DNA of 64,000 bases from NCBI GenBank assembly GCA_047495785.1, contig JBLDXI010000020.1, positions 620,001-684,000 of the forward strand, given 5' to 3'. Numbering within the stretch: position 1 is the first letter of the stretch; the number at the start of each line of letters is the position of its first letter. The notes beneath the pieces are model-generated. The model saw nothing but the letters and a program-made list of their open reading frames with translations, was not told the DNA's origin and did no database searches. A program made the position numbers and the translations under genes. Below, piece by piece: positions 51,296 to 64,000 of the stretch. This stretch comes from Lepidodermella squamata. Its lineage: Eukaryota; Animalia; Gastrotricha.

Positions 51296-54200
51296 TCATT
51301 TCTTTCGGGTAGATCGCCCACCACCCCAGCCGCCAGAAAGCCGAACCGTAGGCTCTCGCCAAGCCCTGATCAAATCGCGCTTTTTCGGCTGAGTTTCACT
51401 AGCCAGAGTGGGCCTGGGAACTGTCATGTTCTGAGTCGGGTGATTTGAAGCTGAGCTCGGCTTCGAGGAATTAATTGGCGGAAAACTGGTAGGAACATCG
51501 TCAGATCGGCGTCTTGCTTCTGCGAATCGATTCGGCGCCGAGCCAGATCCGGAAGTCTGAAGTTTTCGGAATTAGTTAATTAAAAAAGTTGGAATATTCG
51601 ACTCACCATTAATCCACCTGTCGCAGCAATAGGTGGGAAAGCTCCAGCCACACTGCTATTAGACATCATTGGGCTTGGCTCCCGAACCACAGAGTGCACC
51701 CATGCGAAAGTTTGGTTTTGGTTTTGGTTACGCTGAGATGCGTAGCTCGACTCGTTCAACGGCGATGAACGTCCTGAATAAGAATCGATCGTGAAAAATA
51801 AAAATTATCGTATAGAATGAACCAACCTGTTGATATCATAGCAGCTCCCATTCTGACTTCGTGAGTAGGATACTGCTCTCGAGAAGTCTCTTGATTCTGA
51901 TGGATGACAGGAGATCTGTGGGACTCTAGCGCTGCTTGTTTACGGGCGAGAGCCAATCTTTGATTCGCGTCAAGTTTTGCTATTTTCTTCTTCTTATCGG
52001 CCTGATTCATGCGATTCGCCCGTTTTATCATAAGTTCAACCGTCGTCGGATCAGCGAAACCCCTACCAACCAAAATAAAATCAATTAAAGTCATCGGAAT
52101 CGAAGGTAGAAGGTTTAAAGATGAAACATACCACTCCTCTTGAATATGCTGAATCTTTTTACTAGGAGTCCGGCTAGACGGTTGATCACCAAAGTTGACC
52201 GGAGGCACAGCAGATCCTGATCCGGCCAGTGAAATTGGTAAAGGGCTGTCGGTATTAGTGACTGCATCCTCGTCTGGAATGCTGCGACGGATGACATTCC
52301 GCGGAATAGAAGGATCATGGGGAGTTGGACTATTCCAGGCTACGCGCTGGTCAGCAAACATTCTCGATGAAGGACGAGAATTTGTCAAATTTATGCTCTC
52401 AGTAGTTGATTGAATGTTGGAAATGAAGGACATGAGATCCTCAACCTGCATTAATTTAACCAGCTTTATAACAAAAATCGCATAAATTTGAATAATGCTT
52501 ACGCTTTTATCGTTAAAATCATCGAAAGCTTCGCTGATAGATGGGTCATTATGACCAGCGTCATTGTCAGCTGCTTCTGCGGCCATTTGATCCAGCACGG
52601 CCCTGATTTGCTTTCGAACCCAATAGCCTCGCCAAGTTTTCTGAATGATAGTAGCTCCGACATGCCACCGTGCCACTTCATATCGAGCCATGAATCCTCG
52701 CCAGCCTGACTGAATGACGACAGCTGCAGCTTCCCGGCGCCTCTTCTCCGCTTGCTCTGCCAGTTTTTTCTTATCAACAACTTCCGGCTTACGCGTAGAA
52801 TCTTTTGCCTTCACCTGAATCGGTTCTCGCTCGATTTTTGCAACGGTTTTCAGAGGGGAGACAGGGCGTGACACCTCATCGGACTTCGGCCCAACTGTTA
52901 GTGACTCTTGTTTGAGCTTGGGCACTGGTTTATCAGTGGAAATACCTCCGAACTCAACTGCGTATCTGCGCTCGACTGCGCCTTTAGATGACTCGTCGAA
53001 ATATTTTTTGATAAACATCCACCTATTCTCTACTGAGCCGTTGTTAGCAGCAGCTTTTTTCTTAGAATCGGTCACATTTTTCGTTTCCTCCGCCAGGTTG
53101 GACAGTTCGTTTGTCAAGTTATCCTGAAGCAATACCACAAATCTTGCAAATTCTAAAAATTCGTCATCCTTTTGATTTTCGCCGTCTTTGTTGTCCTCAT
53201 CTTCGAGCAAGCCCTGAGAAATTAGCAACTTGAGCGTAGCGCATAGGGCGATAGCGTCGTCATAATCAGCTGATATCAGCTCAATTCCACGACTCAAGCG
53301 CAATTCATTGCTGAGGCGTGCAGCATCTTCGGAGCTGAAGCACAAGAAATCTGCTCGAATGAACTTCAACCGAGCTAGTTCCAACAATCCGGATCTCTTC
53401 ATCAAAGCATCGTAAGAAATTATCTGGTTTTGAGACAATTTGATTTCGATCAAGTTGAATAGGTTAGATATGTCAGGCAAAGCCGTCAGCATGTTGCGAG
53501 AAATGTCAAGTCGCAATAAATGTGGAAGGAAATGCTTGGAAATCCCGTCGAAACTGTGCAAATTATTCCCGCTGATATCACAGTCAACCAGAAGGGGACA
53601 ATTGGACAGGTCAGGAATCTCCCCCAAACTATTGTAACTAGCGTTGAGAAACTCCAAGAGCCCGAGATTATTGAGATGATCAAGCGTTCTCAAATTATTC
53701 GAGGAAACGTCGAGTGACAGCAAACTAGGCATCAAAGACAGCCAGTCGCGGCAACTCAGCAATTGATTATGGCTCAAATCCAACAAGTTCAGCCGAGTGA
53801 AAAATGCGTTCGGAGGAATACTGAAATTAGGGCGAACAATTCGATTGTAAGAAGCGTTGAGCGATACGAGGTTGATGCACCCCGAAATTCCCGACAACCC
53901 AGTCAGCTCATTGTAGGAAATATCAAGACAAGAAAGCGCTTCTAGCTTATTTAAATCAAGCTCCTTGATTTTGTTATGAGCAGCGTTCAAGTAAACAAGT
54001 TTTGCACAACCATCCAAGTTTGATAGGTAGGTAAAATTTGAATTTGATATGTCTAAGCAAGCCAAATTGGCAAGATTCGATAGAGCCGCCAAGTCAAACT
54101 GAGCCGGTAGATTGGCTAAAGCTAAAGAGGTAATCGAGGCGGTCGGAGGATGTGATCGTCCGAAAACCTTGGTCAAAAGCTCGGTCGTTGGTAAGTTTTT

Positions 54201-56696
54201 GCAATCGGATGGTGGTTTAACAGCATTTCGGCCATTCGATGATGTTTGACGGATAACAACTCTGGGCGCACTTACTTTGATCTGCGCAACCGTTTCGCTC
54301 CAAGGCCGACAATTTTTAACCCAAACCATGCGAGTATTGTCGAGCTTTTGGGTGTTCACTTCAACTTTGATAGGTTTTTGTCGAGCCTGTTTGCTCGATC
54401 TTACTTCTTCTACCGATTCATTAACACGAATCGAGGATCTGGCAGATTTTCTTGGAGACTTATCAAAAGGCGCGTCACTGGATTTTCTAAGGCGACTTGA
54501 TGACTTCCGTGGCGAGATTTCGGCTTCCTTACTACTAATTTGTGGCTCTCCACTTCGATTGATAGTAGTTCGCGATGATGGTCGTTCCGTAGTCGCTTGC
54601 TGTAGATTTTGCGAGCTTCGAGGCGAAATTTGCTTAGTTCCAGGATTTGGTTCTGGAAAACGTCTCATGCTGACATCTGAGTCGTCAATTTTTCTCGGAA
54701 CGCTATTAATGGATGAACGCGTTGAAATTTGATCATTGCGCGAGCTAGGCCTCCGAGCATCTCGATCCGGAATTTCGAAATTTGCCGATTTGATATCCTT
54801 GGAATCGATAGCTGGCTCGTGCTTCATTTTTCCACTTGCATTGCCACTTTGAAGATTCTCGCCACTAGCTTCCTTCTCGCGTAGAATTCGCTCATTAGCT
54901 TTCTCTTCTTCTTCTCGCAGGCGCTTCTCTTCAGCTTCTTTGGCGATGCGAAGACGCTCGCGCTCTTCATCTTCGGCCAGGCGTTTCATTTCGGCCTGTT
55001 GAGCGGATAGGATTCGCTCACGTTCCCGCTGCTCTTCTTCTTGACGTCTCATCTCAGCAGCTTCTCTCTCTTTCAGCGCAGCATCTGCAGCTTCTTTCTC
55101 TTTTCTAGCGATTTCGGCAACTTCTCTTTCTTTTTCCAGCTTTGCTTTTCGCTGGGCTTCTTCGGCATTTTTCAATTCAGCCAGCCGCTTCCTGCAAAAA
55201 ATATCGACATAAAGTTACTAGAAGAACCAGCATTGTGGTGAATTATGTGAAAAGGCATTCATAAATGTTGAATAGTAATATCGTACTTCATGCTTTTTAA
55301 GTGAATCAAATGAGGTTAAGCATTTTCAGTTTTGTTGCTACCTCCAGAAAGAATTTCGATCTAAGCGAAGCTTAACCATCAATGCGCTGCTGATAAATTT
55401 TATATTTTCCATTGAAAAACATAGCTAAATCAACACTCAAACAAACCGTTCCGTCTCGATTTTCCTTATACGTTCTTCGAATATTCGTTTTTTAGCCTCT
55501 TCGATTCTCCTTTTGACTTCAAATCCATGCTTACGCCGCACTCTATGCAGAAATATATGCATCATAATAGCAAGAGTGTCGAGCGTATAAATTGAAATAT
55601 CCTACCTGAAGCCTTTGTAGCATGACTGAATTAATATCGCAGCTTTGGCTTTGCGTTGAGACTGTATTAGGCTCATTTGGGCTGCCTGATCAGCCAGCTC
55701 TGCTCTCAACTTTTCCGTCTCTTCATCCACGTCAAAGAGGATCTGCAAAAAAACATAACGCGATTTTCCTGTGGTTTTTCCATAAATTTATTTACTGATT
55801 GGTCATCCGTCAGAGCGCTTGAAAATTCTTCATCCTAGAAACAAGAACAAAATAACAGCACTTGAATACTGCTATTTGCTGCTTACGATAACATCCGACT
55901 TGGTGGTGATGCGTTGGTAAAACAGCTGGTTATCGGCGGTGACATTTTGCAGTCTAGCAGACATGGGCCTCCGAGGACTCGCGGCCTAGCAAAGTAAATT
56001 TGGGCTAATTTCTCTAATAGTTCTCTAATGATCAGTACTCTTACATTTCGTGCAGATAGCCATCTCTCATCTTGCAATTCTTGATCTTCAATCAGCAATG
56101 CTAAATCCTGGTATCCTTCTTGCTCTGCTTTCGCCGTGAGAGCACCAAATTCCTCAACGTTCAAGTGATAGGAATCTATATCATCGCCAGCGAAGGTTAT
56201 GTATGATAACACCGAGGCTCTGTCGTTATCGAGAGTAGCGGAACTGATTTGAGATTGAAGACGGCTGGTCGTAACAAGTTCTTCCAATATTCTTAGATCA
56301 CTGGCCTCGTCATCCTCAATTTCTTTCAAAAACTATTTACCGCAACAATTTTAACAGTCGAGCGCCATGTTTATTGTAATGCGTGACTCACCTTCAGCTT
56401 TTTAACTTGAAAATCTTCAACGCTCTTTGAGAGATCAGAGGGAAACTTCACTGGCATTGTCGGTTCTCCTTCAGTGCCGATATTAACATAAATGAAATAA
56501 TTATCGATAAGGGGTGGACTTGCCATCTTCTTGTAAAAAATCCTCGACTTGGTTTGATCGCGTTTGAACTCGCCGAATGTAAGACAAAAAAGTGTTTTCC
56601 GAGTTTGCCCCATCGCAGTCCTTGATGATACATTGTTGAAAACTAAAGAATCAAACCTGAAAGGATGCTTACGTCACTATTCTCAACGGTACTCAT
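51296..56696 (-). CDS. LRRIQ1: Leucine-rich repeat and IQ domain-containing protein 1-like
   Basis: N-terminal FLSYIRRVQTRSNQVEDFLQED; IQ motif AILIQSCYKGFRVRR; E/R coiled coil; LxxLxLSxN LRR array; two more IQ motifs (IQSGWRG, IQKTWRG); EEWGF; C-terminal GWGGG. Confidence 0.85.
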
Positions 56697-58173
56697 CTTA
56701 GACTGAGTGCTGACTATAATTTAATCGGTCGAATGCCGAACGTCACTTTTTGACAGAATAGCGACGTGAAAAGCTGCACATAAGACTGGAACCGGTATAA
56801 TTTCCTCCAGTGGATCTTATCAAAGCGCCTAATTCGAATAAACAAGCACCTATTAGAAGATTTTTATCGAAAAACTCTTAGACCTAATACTCAAGTTCTC
56901 AAGTACTCAAACTCCCAGGGTGCCGCTATACTATACGCTATGAAAATTAGTAGTTACAGGAATCAGGGGTAGGATATGATACCAAGTATGATGGTAAACC
57001 CGGGTGCGGTCGAACAATATGATGAGAATTTCGGGTATATACTTCATACTACTTGGTCCCCAGATATATAAACTAACATCCTTCCTAAAGAACTGCTCAA
57101 GCCGAACAGTCACTCTCTACCCTAATGAATGACCCTAATGAATAAGGAGAGCGACAAACATTTAATTTGTTGGCAATTGGAATATATGCCACCTACGTCG
57201 ATGGTACCAGTTCAAGAGTACCCACATCAAGATCAGGATCAGGAATTACGATTTCTCCTCGCCCTGACGGACTCAAGCTTCCGCCATAAGGCGGAGCTTG
57301 TGAGAAAATCGCAAGCTTACGCTCTGGGAAAGTTAGATCTAGTTTACCAACTACTTAATGATGTCCCTACCCATGGTACTCCAGACTGTTTCTCCAGGGC
57401 TCCAGGGCAGAGAAAGTTACCCACTCAGCAATAAGGCCAGGGCTGGATGGGATACCATCCAAGTTGGCAGGGACGCTTAATAATATCAACTCATATATTT
57501 GTTGTTAAATTTGTTATGAAAATTAATACTATTCAAGGTGAGATATATTTAAAAATACTGTCATTTTCAAATATCTAGACAAAATTTATTGTGTGATATA
57601 GTTTTGGATTTCAGGTCCATGATTTATTTTCAGGTGATTTTTGGATCGGCCGCTGAACTTTTTAGCAGCCTGTGATCGCATGTGATCATTTGACGTCAAT
57701 GATGAGAGACCAGAGTCGAACATCCATGTTGTCGTGGTTATTAAACTTGGCCGTTGGAAGTCAGAAGTGAAATATCTGCGCAAATTGCAGCTTCGCAACT
57801 CATAATCCAAAAGCCAGCAAAAGGTAAATATCAGTCCTCATTAGGTCCTGGTCAATAGCCACTTTAGCCGCAGTAAGCCCCGAGATTCTCTTCATACCTT
57901 TTATACTGCGCTAGGTTTTTGCTGGTTTAAAGCGTACTCCGATTTTTTCGTAATAAATTCCTGTTGAAAATCAAGGGCTGCCTAAAAGGAATAGTTTTGA
58001 AAACCTAAGTTCCCTATCCCAGTTATCTTCCTCAATCCTCACCGGTCTTTACTCAGTAATGAATTTGGGATTGGGATGTAACCTATTTCTTCGATGTTTT
58101 GGAATTTCTGCTTTGCTAAGTTCTAAGTTGTTTACCGTAAATCTTCAGCGATCAACGGTTGTTTGAGTGAAAA

Positions 58174-58712
58174 TCGTTGGCAACGCGGAAAAACAACACT
58201 TGTGGAGTACCGTAGGTAGTTTTATTAGAAGCCAGTACTGGGTATAGAAAACGGCATTTTTTTCTCATACCGTAATTTCGTGCACCGCTGTACTTGTATT
58301 AGTCGAAACGGTTACTGTGTATGTCATTAGCGACGGTGTTCACAGCACGGCTGCGTACTCCCATTGGAAACGCCATCGATGGTAACGTTTGATGAGTAAA
58401 AAACGACTGTTTTGATAGGCCGTCAATATTTTATAGTCAAACATGTTCGGAAAATGTTTCACGCACTCATCGCAACTCTCAACACTGTCAGCAATAAGAA
58501 AGCGGGCTTTTCTAGCTGTTTACTACGAATATAACTTTGCATTTCATCAAGGCTTCAAGTCCGCGATGGGGTAACCGTTTCGACTAATACAAGTACAGCG
58601 GCGCACGAAATTACGGTATGAGAAAAAAATGCCGTTTTCTATACCCAGTACTGGCTTCTAATAAAACTACCTACGGTACTCCACAAGTGTTGTTTTTCCG
58701 CGTTGCCAACGA
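58174..58712. repeat. 142-bp near-perfect inverted repeat with 255-bp spacer (foldback/MITE-like)
   Basis: Arm 58174-58315 is the reverse complement of 58571-58712, with one mismatch seen. Confidence 0.92.
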
Positions 58713-59263
58713 AATGCTTCTTGTGCTCCATCAGTATAAAAAAAGGTGCTACGCGCAGTGCTTCAAACACTGATTTTTTCCTCGTAGCTCGAAAACTGAA
58801 GACCTGTCGGCTCTCGGTCCTTATTCCAGTATGACATATCTTCCACTTTTAGTCTCAGGTTTTTGGTATTGGATCGAGATCGGTGAAACCCGGGAACAAA
58901 GTCGTAATTCAGTTATTGGTTTTTTTCAAGTTTCACGAAGTCTGACGTCGCATACTAATTGAATAGGATTAAGTAAAATCTGAAGTGTTCAAGTCATTGT
59001 GTGGGTTTTTATCCGCTGAGAAAAATTCATCATTCCTGTCTGTGTCATGAATGCCAAGAACCACACATGATATTTTACCCCATTGGATATTTTTTAACCA
59101 ACCGCTGCATTCTCACGTTCAGTTCTCAATTTATTCGGAGCCATAGAAAGCATCATTAAAAAATTAGGCTGTCACAATCGCTTATTCATCAGGTAATATA
59201 CATTAAAAAATCTGAATAAAGACGTTTATATATATTTATATTATAAAATATCAACTGAAGCTG

Positions 59264-60099
59264 TTATGCTTCTGGCAAGCAGCCAATTTTCCCCCTCTCC
59301 AGTAAGTGCCTTGCTATCATTGAAGCGCTCCCTGCTGAATTTTGAACAAGAGGTATTTGATACTGCTTCCTCACTCGTTCTTCACTAATTGTTTCATCCG
59401 CGACTCGCAAACGTAGAGCTGCTTCAAAAGATGCCAACATGGGCGTTGGTTTACTTGTGTCTTCAGGGGAAACAGCGCGCATGTTTCTTCCAACTTTAGG
59501 GCGAGGCTAGAGACACAAAATGATTAAATAGTGATATTTGAATGTTATGATCTTTACCTTGATGTAGGAAATATCTCGCTGCATTGTTTGCTGTAGACAT
59601 TCATTCACGTCCATTTTGCTTTTTTCGTCACCTTCCGATCTTGAGAAGATCGGAATCAGGATATTAGCTTAATAATTGGAAATGGTGATAACTTACTTGG
59701 CGGTGTATTTTCGGACGATTCCTTCCACAGACTCGAGTAGGGTTTTCAGCTGCTCGCCCTCCCGCTTATCGTTCATCTTACTTGATTTCAGAGTGCCTCG
59801 TTTTTTCATTTCTTTCACATCGTCGTCGATTTTCTTTGCGTTTTCTAGCGAAATTGGCTGAACTGTATGTACCAATTGCTCTTTGACGTCGCCGCCTGGT
59901 ACCAGTTTGATCAATTTGAAAGGAGTATCAACTCTGTATGAATGAAAAACGATTCTGATATATATCGTTACTTTAGGAAGTAAGCTCACTGTTTTCCGTC
60001 ACTTGCTTCGTTCTGACGAAGGTAAATTGTGTCGTAACGCAGTTCCAATGGATGCAGCAAGATCCCACTCGCTCCATTTGTTTCTTGATTCATTGCCAT
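59264..60099 (-). CDS. Hypothetical soluble protein (4 exons)
   Basis: Three GT-AG introns splice to an open frame MAMNQETNG..GKIGCLPEA*; no family recognised. Confidence 0.65.
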
Positions 60100-60423
60100 G
60101 CTTTCTTTGGAGTGCTGAATGTGTAAAATAAAAAAAGTTACTAACCATCATAAGTCATCCCAAGTTCGCCCGAATGATGACGAATGCATTGATTTTTGTT
60201 CGGTAAACACTGAGAAATCACTTACGCTCTGGCGTGCTGAGTTGTGCGCTCTCGCACTTTCATTTCCGTTGCCATTGTCGCTTCCTTCCATTGGCCTGAA
60301 GGGAAAAAACAGAAAAGCAAATAATTATTTTTTTCCACTGCACACTTGCGCTTGAAATCAATTCGCTATTGTAATTTTCCTACTTCAGTTTAGGTTTTGT
60401 TTTATAATTCTATTATCGCTAAG

Positions 60424-61602
60424 ATGGGTTCGTGTTACGATAAAATGCTTAACACCTGCTGTCCCTCCTCGCCTGAAGAAGAACAGGCTCAACAATATAT
60501 GGCGCAACACAACATTTACGACGTCCCTGATCGTGTCAGTAAAACTTTTCAATGGATCCTGCTTATCTCAGTTGGCATAGAGTTCGTTATAGCTGTCGGA
60601 GCCCTCGTGTTTGGTATATACGGCTATCACGTGCGACAAGAATTTGGCACCCCAACCGACATCAATGATTCGTTTATCGAGGTTTTGATAAATTTACCCG
60701 TCGCTCTTATTGTCATTGGATGTGTATCCATCGTTTTCGTTTTTCTTGGTGGACTCGGTGCTATTCGTGAATATGTTCCGGTAAGCATTTATATCATTGG
60801 CCAGACCTCGTTATTAAAGCAATTTTTTATAGCTTATGGCAACGTATTTGGCTTTCCTGATCTTGATTACCATCACCCAAGTGTTTGTTGGCATTTATTT
60901 TTTGGCGAAGAAAGAAACGATTCTGGCAAATGTTCAAAATTACTTCTCAACGAAAGGCATTCAAAACTACTTTGAGGATGTTGATCTTAAGGTTTGTTGA
61001 GAATTTCAAACCAGGCGTAAAAATCTGACGCTTTTTCGTTTTTCAACTAGAATTTGATCGATTATCTGCAAATAAGCTACGATTGCTGCGGCTCGAAAGG
61101 TTACAAAGAATGGGAGCAAAACATGTATTTCAATTGCACGAAAACGAACCCTAGCGTGCAAGCCTGCAGTGTCCCATCAAGCTGTTGTGTAACGAAAGAC
61201 GAGTCGTCAGGCATGGATGTCATTACTAATACATACTGTGGAAAATTTGCGCTTGAGAAAAGTTTATCCGAAGCGCAAAAAATGATATACACCGATGGGT
61301 GTTTCGAGAAAATATCGAGCTATTTCAGCGCATATACCGTCGCCATTGTGATTGTAATTCTAGTACTGGTAATCGGGCCGCTAATTCAAGAAATCTGCAT
61401 CGCCTTTCTGATTTACGACGTAAATGCCGAACGACAAGCCTATGAAATGTGGAAAGGGGATCAGTACAACTTGAATCAATATAGCTCAAGAGACCCCGGT
61501 CCCCAACCTGCCGACGCCTTGCTATCAAGTGGCGGTGGTTGGCGGTCGGGTGCCCGGAGCAATGTGGCTCCTTATCGAGGTGAAGCTTACATTGTTTCAT
61601 AA
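60424..61602 (+). CDS. Tetraspanin, TspanC8 subgroup (TSPAN5/14/17/33-like)
   Basis: Four TMs, GGLGAIRE, large loop CCG..W..NMYFNC..CSVPSSCC..CG..IYTDGC with 8 Cys. Exons 60424-60780, 60832-60991, 61051-61602. Confidence 0.92.
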
Positions 61603-61934
61603 TGACCCCCAACCCCCATTTTGTTTGTTCTTCCACTCATTGTCTCACCCGACAGGACCGATCTCGCGTTAGCACTTGAGGTCGCTTTTATGAAACCAAC
61701 GTAACTTTTATACGATGAAATATGTCGTGAAATTTTGTAACGCTATAATATTCAAAGCCGTCAAATACTTGCTTAACGTTCAAGCGCACTAATCGCGTTG
61801 TTTCATTCCTCAAAACTGCTACGGCTCTTAATGTTACCTTCTTTCTTACACTGCTGTTTATCGCCATCTTTAAATGTTGTTGTTGTTGTGCCTTTGTAAA
61901 TAATTGAAATTTATCCGATGTTTGAATGTCTATT

Positions 61935-64000
61935 CTACGCAAATTTTTATGCCCGAATCACTGTTACTGTCGTTCCTTGTCTGTGCTGCACTCCCGGTCG
62001 CAAACTTGTATGCAAGAGAGAACTTTTCCGCACTATTTTACACTAACTTTTAGCCGATCATGCCTTTAATTCTCTTATTGTGCTTCACTGCTATAGAAAA
62101 AAACGGACGCTGAACGCAATTCTGGCGAAACTGTTGTTTATCCTTCTTCTGACATGAAATCGCTTCTATCAAAATTTTTATGATGAATTTGCCTATATTC
62201 TTATATTGGAAAGTTGAATGAATCATTGAAGAGAGAGAAATTTGCATAATAGCTGCGAAAAATAAACTGCTTTCTAACGATATCGTGTTTTTTTTAAAGA
62301 AATAATGTAAAAATTCCAGCTTGGAAAAACGGAAATGAACCAAAGAATGATTTTGTACTCACCTTCGTCTTCGAGATCGCCGTTTTTGCCGATCTTTCAG
62401 AGGAGTACCCAGCTTCATAGTAGGCCCCCTCGCCGCACGTTCGCCGTTGATAGTCACACCGACGGAACAGGCGCTATCCGGCGTCGCGCCCTCCTTCGCC
62501 GAGTTGAAGCAGGTGTTAACCGTGCTGGTTTGAATGCTTTTCACCTTGGGACCCAGGTCGGCAGACGTGTCTGTCGATCGGTCCGTCTGAAACTGCATAG
62601 AGCTGCACGCAACAGTTCTGTTATGCTGCTGGGTAGCCGAAGTAGCCCGATTGACTACTTCAGGGCCCTCGGTAACCGTACCCATGTTGTGAAGCTGTAC
62701 TGTACTTGTGTTCATCGACTTATCACAGAGCGTGTCCATTGGCAACGATATCTGCTTCACCGTCGCGTTAGACGGTGGCTGTTTGACAGGCAAATCAGAG
62801 GCTGCGTTATTGGCGTCCAGCGAAAGAGCCTGCTGCTGGAGCCTGTTAATAAAGCGGTCATCTTGCCCGTCAATAGTCCACCGCCTTAACTCGAGCTGAG
62901 GCTTTGTAGCAGCTTTTGGTGAATTAGATTCAGTTGGCATAAAAATCTGAGGCACTTGCGCCAGAGGTTGAACAGCAAAGTTTGATGGCGAGCCATTCGA
63001 GCTGTTCAAATTGCGGTTAGATGCTGAAACAACCTCGGCCAATCTTGCAGCTCCCTCGGCGTAGCTACCGTCACCTCCATCATGTGACGTTGTGATAGAC
63101 CCAACCTTTTCTAATCTTAATCGGTAGCCCTTGAGAACGCAGGCGCCAGTCACAACGACGTAGACCAGTAAAAGAACTACGACTCCGATAACTATTACGA
63201 CTGGTAACACCCAGTCTGGAGTCTTCATTGGCACTGGCTCGAGACGAGGCTCCTCAGCCGGCTTCTCCGACGCGTCATCCGTATCATTCTGATATAAATT
63301 GTCGATGATGATTCGATAGTCATGTTCGTTCACAGGCCTAATCGCTTCAATCTGAAACAAAGTTCCACAAAATCATCAAACCGAAGCTAGTTCCAAGCGA
63401 AAATTACCGGAAGTCCTGCCGCAGCACTGAGCTCAATGGGAGAAACAGAAAGCATGATTTCGCGAACATGGCGGCCCGATATCGTATGCTTTGACAAGTG
63501 GCTTTTCATCGTGTGATTTCTCAGATTACGCGGATGCATCGCAGCTCCGAAGGTTACATTCAAATGCGTTATCGTCGTACTAGACTCTGCTTTGTCTGGG
63601 ATAGAAATGCCGAACACCTATTGTTAGTACGAATGTATTTCAATAAGTTTTGATGAATCATTTAAATTTTTACCTCAATAATCGGATTCGTCATTCTAAC
63701 AATGCGTTTCAGTTCAATCAAAGTATTGTCATCGAATCGATTATAACGATTCAGAGCGCTAGTAAAGGCGTTCTGAATTCCTTGTTGCAGCAGATTAGTG
63801 AGTTGCTTCTTCGTGAAAATGGCAGTTACGTGAACGTGCATCCTAACTTTAGCCACGTTCAAATTGACCATTGGGATGAGCGTGACATTTTCGAACGTTG
63901 AATTACCCGCAGGGGTAGACGTGGTTGTTACAGTTGTTGAACTAGAAATGGTTGTATTTCTATCAAACGCCGTAGTTCCAACACTGGTCGACGGCGGCGA
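61935..64000 (-). CDS. Mucin-like/SEA-like single-pass membrane protein (5' part outside window)
   Basis: S/T-rich stretch, alpha/beta module ending ELSAAAGLPIEAIRP, TM WVLPVVIVIGVVVLLLVYVVV, long cytoplasmic tail. Last exon uncertain (ends ..KICVE* at 61935 or ..SEEG* near 62140). Confidence 0.65.

Noticed and set aside
51756-55175. The 1139-aa ORF as a complete single-exon protein
   Set aside because: It reads through two stopless introns and into a third; the gene extends both ways (51296-56696).
56900-57850. Short ORFs and a possible C/D snoRNA (ATGATGA near 57698)
   Set aside because: No protein motif, and no suitably placed D box with a terminal stem.
1-64000. Prokaryotic systems (CRISPR arrays, defence operons, rRNA)
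   Set aside because: The sequence is spliceosomal-intron-rich animal DNA; no repeat-spacer array or rRNA motif was seen.

Overview
Eukaryotic window from a compact, intron-rich animal genome (probably an invertebrate; the species cannot be determined). About 20 protein-coding genes are interrupted by mostly 45-70 nt introns, so the ORF track shows exon fragments only; all gene models here were spliced by hand. Order: three tandem SLC18B1-like MFS transporters; RFC1; three tandem paralogs of an unrecognised membrane-protein family; TPGS2; PDE8; two tandem NIT-domain receptor guanylate-cyclase-like genes with degenerate catalytic and ligand motifs; an atypical class A GPCR; UBE2Q; a decayed LINE plus an orphan SPT5 KOW fragment among small repeats; PPP4R2; FKBP4/5 with two candidate terminal exons; a small Tyr-rich single-pass protein; LRRIQ1; a 142-bp inverted repeat; an orphan gene; a TspanC8 tetraspanin; and a partial mucin/SEA-like membrane protein. 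The best candidates for new biology are (i) the intact pair of NIT pseudo-cyclases between PDE8 and a motif-degenerate GPCR, (ii) the unrecognised 3-TM membrane family, and (iii) unusual splicing (many AAG acceptors, GC donors, intron shift and gain/loss between paralogs). Family assignments rest on remembered motifs, not database searches.
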